DNA from: Squalus acanthias | Lineage: Eukaryota | Length of the DNA stretch: 64,000 bases | Direction of reading: 5' to 3' | Assembly: GCA_030390025.1 (NCBI GenBank) | Contig: CM059433.1 | Span: forward strand, 9,240,001-9,304,000 | In this document: piece by piece, positions 25,581-38,257 of the stretch | Layout of the letters: every line of letters begins with the position of its first letter | How positions within the stretch are numbered: the stretch's first letter is position 1 | Notes under the pieces: generated by a model | Told to the model about the DNA's origin: nothing | The model's database searches: none | The model's input: only the letters and a program-made list of their open reading frames with translations | Program-made: the position numbers and the translations under genes

Positions 25581-28500
25581 CAGAATCAAGAGGTCGGCAT
25601 GGTGTGGGAGGAGATACAGGGCTAAATGAAGTTGCAGAGATAGGTTGGGGGGCCTTGGACTAAAACAGAAGGTTAGAGATGATGGGGTAGTTAGAGAGAA
25701 CAGAAGGGTTGAGAGGTTTGGGGGTTTTTTTCCTGAAAGGAGGAGCAATTGCAGTTTTGAAAGGGGAGCAAGACAGTGCCATAGGAAATGGAGCAATTAT
25801 AGGAGCATGGAGTAAGGAGGGGTAATTGAGCAGTTAGGAGTCAAAAAGCTCATCACTACTTGCTGCTCAGGGTCACAGAACGGTATTTTTGGGTAAGGTA
25901 GCAGAGGACTCTGACTGCCAGAAGCTGAGGTAGCACCAACCCAGCAACTCATAAGGGTGAAATATTTTTTTTTTCCTAAAGTTAGCTTGTGTACACAAGA
26001 TGACCTATGCTTCAGACCACTATTAGTAAGTTACAGAAAGTCAAATCTGATGCATGGTTAAAATTTTTATAGTTATGTATCTCAAGACGCTCTTATGCCG
26101 TGGATCATTTTAATTTATAGTCAGCAATTTTATCAGTTGATTTTACAGCAGTTTTATCACCAAATGAAACCACTGTTCAGATGGCACCCAACCTGGCGGT
26201 TAGCCCTTACCGTCAGTGTGGACAGAAGAGGACAATTTTGCTAAAAGCTAAAGATGGAGAAGTTCTAGAATCTTTGGTGAAAATGGCACCACACCAACAA
26301 TCCTCTCTCCACAAGCATAGTGTCCAAGTTAAAAACTTCTCTTGCATTCCACTTAACAAAACATCAATCCCTTCCTTTTCTTCCCATCACTCACATTTTA
26401 AAAGCTCTAGAATATCACTAAGTATTTTAACTATAGGCTTACTGCCAGCAGTCAAAAATACTGAAAAACAATAAACTTAACTGTTTGCCACCTGATTTTT
26501 GCAGAAATACTACACAGGCAGTTTCCAGCATATGCCATTCCGAGAAGGAATATAGTGTTGGATTACTATACTTTAAAGATTTTAGCCAACCCATCTATTT
26601 ATACACATACACTTTACAGCAATGATGAACCTTTTTGAACATGTATACCATAGGTCACGTTCACTGGTTTACAGTATTTTGTCCACTTTGGAAAGTAGCA
26701 AAGTTAGATGAGCAAATGTCCATCATAAGTTTGGCAAATATTTTCTAAAAAGTGTTTTTAAAAAGCTATTGAAGTGGCAAAATGATGCCTCTCCCAATTG
26801 CACTGGGAACTAAAACTCTGGTCCCAAAGGAAATCTCGGTAAATGAGTTATGGCAACCTCAAAGCTTTGGAGACATAGGTAGAAAGAGGGATGAGGTCCT
26901 GCAGGCAGATTTTAGGGAGCTAGGAAAGAGATTAAAAAGCAGGACCTCAAAAGTACTCCCAGTGCCACGTGCTAGTGAGTACAGAAATAGGAGGATAGAG
27001 CAGATGAATGCATGGCTGGAGAGTTGGTGCAGGAGGGAGGGCTTTAGATTCCTAAGGCATTGGGACCATTTCTGGGGAGGTGGGACCTGTACAACCCGGA
27101 CCGAGACCAATATCCTCGTGGGGGGGTTTGCTAGTGCTGTTGGGGAGGGTTTGAACTAGCTTGGCAGGGGGATGGGAACCTGAGAGTAGATTCAGAAGGG
27201 AGAGAAGCAAAGCTGGAAATGGAAGGCAGAAAATTAGTAAGCGAGTTTGGAAGGCAGAGGAAACAAAGGATAGAAAATAGACAAGGGAGTTTGGCAGTGC
27301 TAAATGGTATATACTTCAACGCAAGAGTCTAGGGAATAAAGCAGATGAGCTGAGGGCACAGATGGACACGTGGGAATATGATATTATAGCTATTACTGAG
27401 ACATGGCTGAAAGGAGGGCAGGAATGGCAGCTCAACATTCCTGGTTACAGGGTTTTCAGACGAGGTTAGAGGGGGATAAAAAGACTGGGGGGGGGGGTCG
27501 CAATATTGATTAAAGAAACAATTACAGCTGTGAGGAGGGATGATATCTTAGAATGATCATCCAATAGGCCATATAGGTTGAATTGAAAAACAAAAAAGGG
27601 GCAATCACACTGCTGGGAGTGTACTATAGACCCTCAAAACAGTCAGAGGGCGATAGAAGAGCAAATATGTAGGCAAATTTCATTCGTGCAAAAATAGGGC
27701 AGCAATAGTAGGGGATTTCAACTTCCCTAATATTAACTGGGATAAAATTAATTAGTGTGGAAGGTATAGAGGGAGCAGAATTCTTAAAATGCATTCAGGG
27801 GAACTGTTTTAGCCAGTACGTAGCAAGCCCAAGAGAGGGGGCAGTTCTGGACCTAGTTTTAGGGAATTAAGCTAGGCAGGTGGAAATGGTATCAGTGGGA
27901 GAGCATATTGGTGGTAGTGATCATAATTCAGTTAGATTTAGGGTAGTTATGGAAAAGGATAAGGATAGACCAGGAATAAAAGTTCTCAATTGGGGAAAAG
28001 TTAATTTTATTAAGCTGAGATGTGATTTAGCCAAATTGGCTGGAGACAGAAACTTGAAGGTAAATCAGTGTCAGAGCAGTGGGAGGCATTCCAGGAGGAG
28101 ATAGTGAGGGTTCAGAGCAAGTATGTTCCCTTAAAGAAAAAGGGTGGGACTAAAATCTAGCGCTCCCTGGATGTCAAGGGGTAGGATAAAGAAAAAAAGG
28201 AAGCTCATGACAGATACAGAGGGCTCAATACTGCAGAAACCCGAGAGGAGTATAGAAAATGCAGGGGTGAATTTAAAAAGGAAATTTGGAAAGCAAAGAT
28301 AGGGCATGAAAAAATATTGGCAAGTAAAATCAAGGAAAACCCAAAGATGTTTTATAAATACATTAAGAGCAAGAGGATAACTAAAGAAAGAGGAGGGCCT
28401 ATTAGGGACCATAAAGGTAACCTGCGTGTGGAGGCGGAAGACATGGGTATGGTTCTTAATGAATACTTTGCGTCTGTTTTCACAAAAGAGAGGGACGATG

Positions 28501-28631
28501 CAGATATTGCAATCAGGAAGGAGGAGTGTGAAATATTAAATGAAATAAACAGTGAAAGAGGAAGTATTAAGAGGTTTAGCATCTTTGAAAGTGGATAAAT
28601 CCCCAGGCCCGGATGAAATGTATCCCAGACT

Positions 28632-28638
<7 letters not shown>

Positions 28639-28674
<36 letters not shown>
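28639..28674. repeat. (GA)n microsatellite inside CR1
   Basis: About 18 GA units. Confidence 0.9.
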
Positions 28675-28680
<6 letters not shown>

Positions 28681-29411
28681 AGCAGAGGCTCTGACCATCA
28701 TTTTCCAATCCTCTCTGGCTACAGGTGTGGTGCTGGAGGACTGCTAACGTGGTACCATTGCTTAAAAAGGGAGAAAGGGATAGACCGAGTAATTACAGGC
28801 CAGTCAGCCTAACCTTGGTGGTGGGAAAATTATTGGAAAAAATTCTGAGGGACAGGATAAATCTTCATGTAGAAAGACACAGATTAATCAGGGACAGTCA
28901 GCATGGATTTCTTAAGGGAAGATCGTGTCTGACTAACTTGATTGAATTTTTGAGGTGGTAACAAGGAGGGTGGATGAGGGTAGTCCATTTGATGTAGTCT
29001 ATATGGATTTTAGCAAGGCTTTTGATAAGGTCCCGCATGGCAGACTGGTCATGAAAGCAAAAGCCCATGGGATCCAAGGCAAAGTGGCAAGTTGGATCCA
29101 AAATTGGCGCAGAGGCAGGAAACAAAGTGTGTTTTTGTGACTGGAAGGCCGCTTCCAGTGGGGTTCCACAGGACTCAGTACTGGGTCCTTTGCTTTTTGT
29201 GGTGTGCATCAATGATTTGGACTTGAATGTAGGAAGTATGATTAAGAAGTTTGCAGGTGATATAAAAATTGGCCGTGTGGCTGACAATGAAGAAAGCAAG
29301 CTGTAGACTGCAGGAAGATATCAATGGACTGGTCTGGTGGGCAGAACAGTGGCAAATGGAATTCAATCTGGAGAAGTGTGAGGTAATGCATTTGGGGAAG
29401 GGCTAACAAGG

Positions 29412-30950
29412 AATTGAATGAAATCAGTATTTGTAGGGAAATGGTGTTCGGGAAATTGAAGGGATTGAAGGCCGATAAATCCCCAGGGCCTGATAATCTA
29501 CATCCTAGGGTACTTAAGGACATGGCCCTAGAAATAGTAGATGCATTGCTGGTCATCTTCCAAAATTCTAGAGACTCTGGAACAGTCCCCATGGATTGGA
29601 GGGTAGCTAATGTAACCCCACTATTTAAAAAAGGTGGTAGAGAGAAAATGGGGAATTATAAGTCTGACATCGGTAGTGGGGTAAATGCTAGAGTCCATTA
29701 TAAAAGATGTAATAGCAGAGCACTTGGAAAACAGTGACAGGATCGGACAAAGTCAACATGGATTTACAAAAGGTACATCATGCTTGACTAATCTACCGGA
29801 ATTTTTTGAGGATGTAACTGGTAGGATAAGGGAGAACCAGTGGATGTGGTGTATTTGGACTTTCAGAAGGCTTTCGATAAGGTCCCGCATAAGAGATTAG
29901 CGTGCAAAGTTAAAGCACATGGGATTGGGGGTAAGGTACTGACTTGGATAGAGAACTGGTTGGCAGACAGGAAGCAAAGAGTTGGAATAAACGGGTCTTT
30001 TTCCGAGTGGCAGGCAGTGATTGGTGCTAGGACCTCCGCTATATTCTCATTCTCTCTCTCTCTCTCTCTTTGCAGACGACACAAAGCTGGGTGGGCGTGT
30101 GTGCTGTGAGGAGGATGCAGAGAAACTCCAGTATGGCTAATGTGGATAAATGCAAGGTTATCCACTTCGGTGGCAAAAACAGGAAGACAGATTATCTGAA
30201 TGGCAATAGATTGGGAAAAGGGGAAGTGCAACGAGACCTGGGTGTCCTTGTGCACCAGTCGCTGAAGGTAAGCATGCAGGTGCAGCAGGCGGTTAAGGCG
30301 GCAAATGGTATGTTGGCCTTCATAGCGAGAGGATTCGAGTACAGGAGCAAGGATGTCTTGCTGCAGTTGTACAGGGCCTTGGTGAGACCACACCTTGAGT
30401 ATTGTGTGCAGTTTTGGTCGCCTTATCTGAGGAAGGATGTTTTTGCCATGGAGAGAGTGCAGCGAAGATTCACCAGACTGATACCTGGGATAGCAGGAAT
30501 GATGTATGAAGAGAGATTGGGTCGATTAGGCTTATATTCACTAGAGTTTAGAAGAATGAGAGGTGATCTCATTGAAAGTTATAAAATTCTAACAGGACTA
30601 GACAGACTAGACGCAGGAAGGATGTTCCCGATGGCGGGGGAGTCCAGAACCAGGGGTCACAGTCTAAGGATAAGTGGTAAGCCATTTCGGACTGAGATGA
30701 GGAGGAATTTCTTCACCCAGAGAGTGGTGAACCTGTGGAATTCTCTACCACACAAGGCAGTTGAGGCCAATTCATTAAATATATTCAAGGAGTTAGATAT
30801 ATTTCTTAAGGCTAAAGGGATCAAGGGATATGGGGAGAAAGCAGGGACAGGGTACTGAATTTGGATGATCAGCCATGATCTCATTGAATGGCGGAACAGG
30901 CTCGAGGGGCCAAATGGCCTACTCCTGCTCCTATCTTCTATGTTTCTATG
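29412..30950 (+). mobile_element. Younger CR1 nested inside the 26.9-31.7 kb CR1
   Basis: 8-bp TSD taacaagg (29404-29411, 30951-30958); 262-aa RT C-terminal ORF 30070-30858; the host frame resumes afterwards. Confidence 0.92.
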
Positions 30951-32984
30951 TAACAAGGCAAGGGAATACACATTAAATGGTAGGACACTGAGAAGTGCAG
31001 AGGATCAGCGGGACATTGGAGTGCATGTCCACAGATCCCTGAAGATAGCAGGACAAGTAGATAAGGTGGTTAAGGCGGCATACGGGATACTTGGCTTTAT
31101 TAGCCGAGGCATAGAATGTTATGATGGAGCTGTATAAAACACTAGTTAGGCCGCAACTAGAATACTGTGTGCAGTTCTGGTCACCACATTACAGGAAGGA
31201 TGTGATTGCATTACAGGGGATGCAGAAGAGATTTACGAGGACGTTGCCTGGACTGGGGAATTTTAGCTATGAGGAAAGATTGGATAGGCTGGGCTTGTTT
31301 TCTTTGGAACAGAGGAGGCTGAGGGAAGACCTATTTGAGTATAAAATTATGAGGGGCCTAGATAGAGTGGATAGGAAGGACCTATTTCCCTTAGCACAGG
31401 GGTCAATAACCAGGGGGCATAGATTTAAAGTAATTGGTGGGAGGTTTAGAGGGGATTAGAGGGTGGTGGGGGTCTGGAACTCACTGCCTGAAAGGGTGGC
31501 AGAGGCAGAGACCCTCATCACATTTAAAAAGTACTTGGATATGCACTTGAAGTGCCGTGACCTACAAGGCTACGGACCAAGTGCTGGAAAGTGGGATTAG
31601 GCTGGATAGCTCTTTGTCGGCCAGCGTGGACAAGATGGGCCGAAATGGTCTCCTTCTGTGCTGTAAATTTCTATGATAGCATACGACTTAATATCCCCAT
31701 ATGCAATGATAAGCAAGGAAAAAAAAAGTTAAACAATTATCATTGGTACTTTAACCTAATCGAATTAAGATTTTCATAAGCAGCTGGGGAGGGCAATAGG
31801 GATGAGGTCAAATTTATAAAAAGGGCAATGTTCCATTTGTGGATGAGGGGTGAGTAACTATTGGAGTATTTATATATCTTGAAACTTGTGCAGAGAAAAG
31901 CAACAAATGAAAGATTCAAGTTAAATGATGCAACACAAATGCCAGCTCATTTGTGGTTTTGTTTTTTTTAACAATTCACAGCCTCAACACTTGCGTAACT
32001 AAAGGCAAATTACAATTTACAGATGACAGCTTTTGCTTTGAACACAAGTGATCCGAATCTAACCACATGTAACGTGAAACTACTTGTACTCCGCATCAGA
32101 CTGACACCCGAGGTGATTTTTTTTTTTAATATTAAAAAGCTGCTTCAGCAAGACACTGCCCATCAATAACAAGTACCTTTCCTTTTGATTGTAAATGGAA
32201 GAGGAGGCTCATCCCAATATTACCGAAACCACAGATATATAAACCTAGAATATTGTATGAAATTCACTCTTTCCATGATTGTAAGGCACCTTCACACCAA
32301 AAAAAAAAATCTAGAGTCTGACGTAGGGTTGATTTTAAGTTTATCAAATTATATTTGTGCACTTGATTTGATGTAAAAAAAAAATTGTTCACTTAAACTA
32401 AGCCACTCAAAACTCCAACTCGTTGCTCAATTTTCTGTTACTTACCTTCAGCCATGAACTGTCGTGGCTGAATATGTATGCAAGAATGTTGCCAGCAGTG
32501 AAATGAATGTCAGTCATGCAAGCTTCATTGTCCAATTAACTCAGCAGTTTCTTGCACACAAGTACTAGAGAATGTTTCTATTGTGAATATAATTGAAGAG
32601 GCTTCATTTGGCAATCATATTTATAGCTAGCTTTAGAACTGAATTATAGTTGGAAGGAAATCATGCACCATTCCATTTTGGCATGCGCCAACAACCAGCA
32701 TGTCATGCATACATATTAAAAATATGGCATACACTACATAAACACAGCCAAAAGTTTAATCTAGGGACAGAAAAATTGCATCTAATAGACTATGACAATT
32801 ACCACATTTTGCTGAACTAATTCCAAATAGTTCATAGAGATATTATCCCTCTGCTTTGACCTTCTGTGGGCCTATATTGGAAACTACAGAAAATAAGAAG
32901 GTACGTTATCACCCGAGCAAAACCCATTATGCAACTACATAGCCATTTTAAAAAGGATTCCTTATTTAGTTCAATAAATTCATC

Positions 32985-33869
32985 GGGGTAGAAATTAGGT
33001 CGCGCCCCATTTGGGGCGCAAATATCGTCTGGACGCAAATATTAGCGCCTGGCGCTAATTATCGGCACTGACAGGAAACTTCACTTTTACCGCCCCGGGA
33101 GGTGAGTGGAGCGCTAAAGCAGGCGCTGCACACCTGTCTTAAGGCGCAAAGGCCGAGCAGTGAGGCGCTAACTCAGAGCGCTGGTGAAGCTCATGTAATG
33201 TCAGTCAGCAATAAAACACACACACAATGGCACGGGCCAGTTCTTAAAGGGGATGGTTAATCTTGCTTTCCATCCACATCCTGTTCATTGCAGCCTTGAA
33301 TCTTGGCCTGGAGAGACTTGCACATCAAATGTGCTGGAAAGAACAATGGAGAGTAACAGGCAAAGAGCTCAGAGTGCAGCTCCCACAGTCTCTGCTAAAT
33401 CGATACAAGGAATGGCAAATCAAAATGAACCTGCAAAGTGCTGCTCAGTACCCAAAACTCCTTCCCACAACGTTGAATCTCTCCAGAAGTCTCTCCCTCT
33501 CTCTCTCAGAATGCGTAGTTCAAAAATGCCACCAACAATAAAAGACAGGAAGAGGCCCCCTTTAAATAGCGCCCCCCCCAGCGATTGATAGCGTTCCAGT
33601 CTTCTGGTCGTTGGATGCGCCAGGCGGTAAGGCAGGGGGCGCCACTCAATTTCCGCTCCGGGGCGCCACAAGGGCGTTGCACCATGGAATGACGTCACAA
33701 TCTGCGCGCGCAGGTGGTCGCAGCGGTAAGTTTTAGCGCCGCCGCACAATCTCAAGTTAAGTTCTCGAGCGGCGCAAACATCGCTGCGCCCGGGCGTTAG
33801 CGGCTTTGCGCCCCATTAGCGCCCTCTTAAGGCGCTAACGGGAGGCGCAACCAAGTGAATTTTTACCCC
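32985..33869. mobile_element. PIF/Harbinger-like non-autonomous element
   Basis: TIR GGGGTAGAAATT / AATTTTTACCCC (11/12), 3-bp TSD atc, many subterminal gcgc motifs. Confidence 0.7.
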
Positions 33870-34567
33870 ATCGTCTCTTTAATTCAGTTACACACAAGGA
33901 AAATTACCTTGTTGGGGGGAGGGGGTAGCTCATCATTCAAGGTGGTCAGGCTCCACAAAGTATTGAACCAGCTTAGGAAGCCAAATGATAATTACCAAAG
34001 TATTCCCTGCAAGACGTTTTGATATTCTGCCATACCATCCAGGCAAGTCTCTTCCCCCCCATTGTCAATTCCTACAAATACAATTTCCAAGACTCTACTT
34101 TTACACAGTGAAGCAATTTTTTAATCAATTTTTGGTTTTAAATTACAGGTCTGAAAAAGATCCAAGGGGTTGCTTCAGAATATGAAAGACGAGCTGTTTA
34201 AAACAAAAACGCTTACAAAGGCAGGCAATTTTGCCTTCTTCACCAACTTATCTTAATGATTTAGCACACACTAGTACTCTCCAGGAGGCAGAACATTTCT
34301 TTGGATTAGACACCTACCAAAAATTGTTTACAATGATCAAACCAGTAACCTTTCAAACTTCCAAGAATGCTTTAAGATACAACTTTAGAGATGCTATCCG
34401 ATCACTCCAAAGTTTGGGGCAAGAAGTGTCTGCTGTTCTGATTCAATAATCCTGAACATGACTGGAAAATTGTCTCTTTGCCAGCTGGCAGCAGTTATAC
34501 ATTGTACTAACTGGCTCATAGCACTTTGTTTAGAGATAGGTTTAAGGATGCAAGATTCATAAGACAG

Positions 34568-34903
34568 TACAGGAAACTTTCGTTTATCCGGCACCGACGG
34601 GACCGGCGTGGTGCCGGTTGATCGAAAGTGCCGGATTACAGAGAGGTATACTTACCAAGGTACGAGAGCCCCGTACACGGCCACAGGCTTAACAATTGGG
34701 ACCCGGAGAGGGAAAGTAAACGAGACTCCGGCTTTTTCCTCCATGGCGGCGACAGGTCCGAGTCGGAAGAACGTTGACCTCCCTTTCGTGGGGGCGAAAG
34801 GTCAGAATCGGGGTCTTGTCTGTATAATAAAACTTACCTGATTTTTGCCGGTTAAGCGAGAATTCCGGATATTTGGGTGCCGGATAAACGAAAGTTTCCT
34901 GTA
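34568..34903. mobile_element. Tc1/mariner (pogo/Tigger-like) MITE copy 1
   Basis: Perfect 28-bp inverted ends TA-CAGGAAACTTTCGTTTATCCGGCACC including the TA target site; subterminal ccgg repeats. Confidence 0.85.
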
Positions 34904-35995
34904 GTATTGTTTAGATTTATTAAGAAAAGATTTGCTCCATCCATATAGGCATAAAAAACATTGAATCAGAATAAATATTCCTGAGGCAGGAATAGAACAG
35001 ATCAGTAATTCCCCAAGAAGGGTGAAGTTGAAAGACTACCCAAATTAGTTTTAAGGTGCTATGCCTATGCTAGATTGATTGAGGTTTAGATTGATTAATA
35101 AGCCAACTCAAAGTTAAAGCTAATAGTTTTTTTCTCTGAAAAATTTAAGATATGAATCCAAAATTATTTCTTTTTTTAATATAAAAGGATTTAGGTTCCA
35201 AGGCAGGACAAAAGGACTCAGCTTTGAAATTTTGCATATGAAAATCAATGCAATATTCTACATTATAGGATATCCAACAGGTGTCAGAAGATGGATAGCT
35301 GCAACTTGTAGTTGAAAAGAATTAATAGGTTTCAGATATTATGAAATGAAAACCAAGACTTTTTTTTAAACTTGTGATGACAAATCATTAGTGGAAAGTT
35401 TCCTGCATGGGAGGGAAAAAAAGGACTGGGGCCAGCACTTGGCACCTTTGAGATACGAGGAGAATCTATCTGTTCATTCATCATCCTTGGGATGCTTTCA
35501 GCTTTGGGATGGGTTGGCAAAATGGCAGCCTGTACCTTTCTAGGTTGAGAGGCATGGTATCTCGGAGGCAGTCAGGTGTTGCAGGGCTCCATTTGTGCTG
35601 AATTTTAGGTATCACAACTGGGTGCTGGATGTAGCTTAAGAAATTCTCTTGGTCAGCGTGGAACATTTAGCAGCTACTGTAAGGAAATGACTCAGTCCTG
35701 GAGCCGCTTGCCTAATTTCACAATGCACTTTTCAGAACACGCCTTGAAGCAAGAGCTTTCTAAAAGGTCACAGCTGTACAAAGGTGAATGCAGGGAGATT
35801 GTGGATGATTTGATGAACTCAGAATGCTTTCCTCTGTATCTACCCTGAGGTCGAAGTTCTTGGGCCACCATGACAATTCCAGAGAGAGGTCCATAAAAAA
35901 GAGGCAACAGGCTCAAGGTACCTTTGTGCAGTGCAAGTTCCCTCCCAGCAACAAGATTAATTGTACTATTATGGTTTGCCAGCTCTAGAGCTATA

Positions 35996-36250
35996 CCATA
36001 CAGGGGTGATGTCAGGAACCACTTCTTCACACAAAGGGTAGTGGAAATCTGGAACTCTCTCCCCAAAAAGCTGTTGAAGCTGGGGGTCAATTGGAAATTT
36101 CAAAACTGAAATTGATAGATTTTTGTTAGGCAAGGGTATTAAGGGATACAGAACCAAGGTAGATGGAGTTACGATACCGAACAGCCAAGATCTAATTAAA
36201 TGGCAGATCAGACACGAGGAGCTGAATGGCCTATTCCTGTTCCTATGTTC
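35996..36250 (+). mobile_element. CR1 3' fragment
   Basis: RGDVRNHFFTQRVVEIWNSLP plus CR1 tail. Confidence 0.8.
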
Positions 36251-37892
36251 CTCACTAGTCTTTTCTGCAGGTGTCTCGAGAGAAGGGCATGGTGTGGAGT
36301 TAGCAGGGCAACTGCTGGCTTCATTCCCAGAGTGCTTTTTTTTTTGAGGGTGGGGGCAGAAAAAGAGAGAGGAAGCCTTATATAGGCCACAATCGCCTGT
36401 GGCTGCACTACCCAGTAATAAATATTTGGGAGACTCAACCTGCCTTTCTATGACAGAACTGGAACTGCCACCACCTCCATGCCCATAGGAACCAGATTAT
36501 GCACTTGTGGAGATTGCCAAACTACTGTGGATGGCCAGCATCTGGACAAGGAAGTTTAAGTCCATTCTTATAGTGCTCTTTTTCCCTTGCAGCAAGGTGG
36601 GCAGGTGGTTTCATTCAGTCATCATCTGTATAAATGCTGGAGAGGAGAGGCTGGTGGGGGGGGGGGGGGGGGGATTTTTTTCATTTGTAAAGGGCTGAAA
36701 GTTTAATTATTCACCTGGATATTTGAAGCCTGTCTACATCCAAATAAAAAAAAAATACATTGCTCAGGTTAATTTCTCACCAGCCTTAGCCACAGCCATA
36801 CCCTGTGGTTTTAAATAGTTGAACTTTGAACCAGACAGTTGGTCAAATCTTTGACAAAGTAGAAGATGACAGGTTGGAACTACAAAAGTAATAGGTTATC
36901 CAGATTGTGGATGATTTGTTGAACTCAGAATGCCTGGCTCCGGAGGTTCTGTATCCAAGGTCAAAGTTCTTGGGACACCATGGCAGTTCAGAAGAGAGGT
37001 CTACATGAGGCAAGCATGAAGGCACAACTCCCTTTAGGCTCTTGCCCATCACCATTAGATTATTCCCCTGTTTAGTTAATAAATTTGTTTCATTATTTCA
37101 ATCTAAATCAAGGTCAGATATGCATGCTCTACAGCTTTTGAAGACTGGAAGATCAATCTTGTGGAGGCACAAGATAGTCCAGTACCTAAACGCAATTGTC
37201 AGAGTCTGCTGTTAGTTTACCAAAAGCTTAGCTAAATCTTAAGGCAAGGAGAGATGCTCTCTAATGTTTTGTGGAGCCGAGACTTGCCCGCGCAAGTGAT
37301 TTGAACGATGCAAGCTGAAATAATCTAGAATGAGGTGGTTAGAAAAGACCCAAAAATGTAACAGCTATGCAACTTTGGGCGGTGTCATAGTCCTCACTCA
37401 ATGCTCACACACTTTCCCAGCAGAAGTCACTGGAACGCAATCAAAAGCACAAACTCAGATTCTCACCTCCCCCTTAAGCCCAGGGTCACATATAGCACTC
37501 CCATTTCTGCCCTGGAATGGAGAAACATCCATTTGAAGTATAGTGAAGATTGTAATATTTGAACCCCACCCACTAATATTTTGTTCTTTAGCCCACTCTT
37601 TTATGGTGAAGGCAATGGCCTTTCACAAGGTGAACACCGGCAATCTTTTGGGATAACAGAGACAACAAGTTGTAGGTTCCTGGACCGGATTCTTCTTGCT
37701 AGAGGACCAGAAAATTAACAAGCTGTACATAAAAACAGGTAACAGCCTATAAACAGACAATGGCTCAAATTGGGATTGTTAATTTGGAATTCCAGCTCAT
37801 GAGGAATTAATGGGACTAGGGCTTATTTGTGCAACCAAGCACACCCACTGCTTGTTCCCAATTGCTTCAGAAGTTCTCCTTCAATTGGGAGA

Positions 37893-38257
37893 TACAGGAA
37901 ACTCTCTTTTAACCGGCACCCAAATAACCAGAAATCTCTCTTAACCGGCAAAATTCTTGAGTAGGTAACCGGGGTTTTCCTTCATCTCTCCTTTAAAAAT
38001 AACTTTTAAAAAACCGAGGCGTTTGCCTTGTATCGGAGCATGTAGATTGGGAGGGGAATGTGCAGCCCGGGTAGGCAGCGGACACGACAGATGGTCAGCT
38101 GGCGGTCCCCGGGGAGACGGAGCTCCGAATGCAGGCGCATGTCAATGTGTACGGGGCTCTCGTACGTTGGGAGATATAACTCTCCGTTATCCGGACTTTT
38201 TGATTAACCGGCACCACGCCGGTCCCGTCGGTGCCGGTTAATAAAGAGTTTCTTGTA
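37893..38257. mobile_element. Tigger-like MITE copy 2, inverted relative to copy 1
   Basis: TA-caggaaactctcttttaaccggcacc ... ggtgccggttaataaagagtttcttg-TA; ccggcaccacgccggtcccgtcggtgccgg is the reverse complement of the copy 1 left end. Confidence 0.8.

Larger units (their letters stand above)
26870..31678 (+). mobile_element. Long decayed CR1 LINE (end of ORF1, EN, RT, tail) carrying a nested CR1
   Basis: DEVLQADFRELGKRLK (ORF1), YFNARSL/ITETW (EN), KSPGPD, MDFSKAFDKVPH, YCVQFWSPH. Confidence 0.93.

Noticed and set aside
30070..30858. 262-aa ORF and other long ORFs (22295-22936, 54944-55711) as host genes
   Set aside because: They are RT fragments of CR1 or Penelope with frameshifts on either side.
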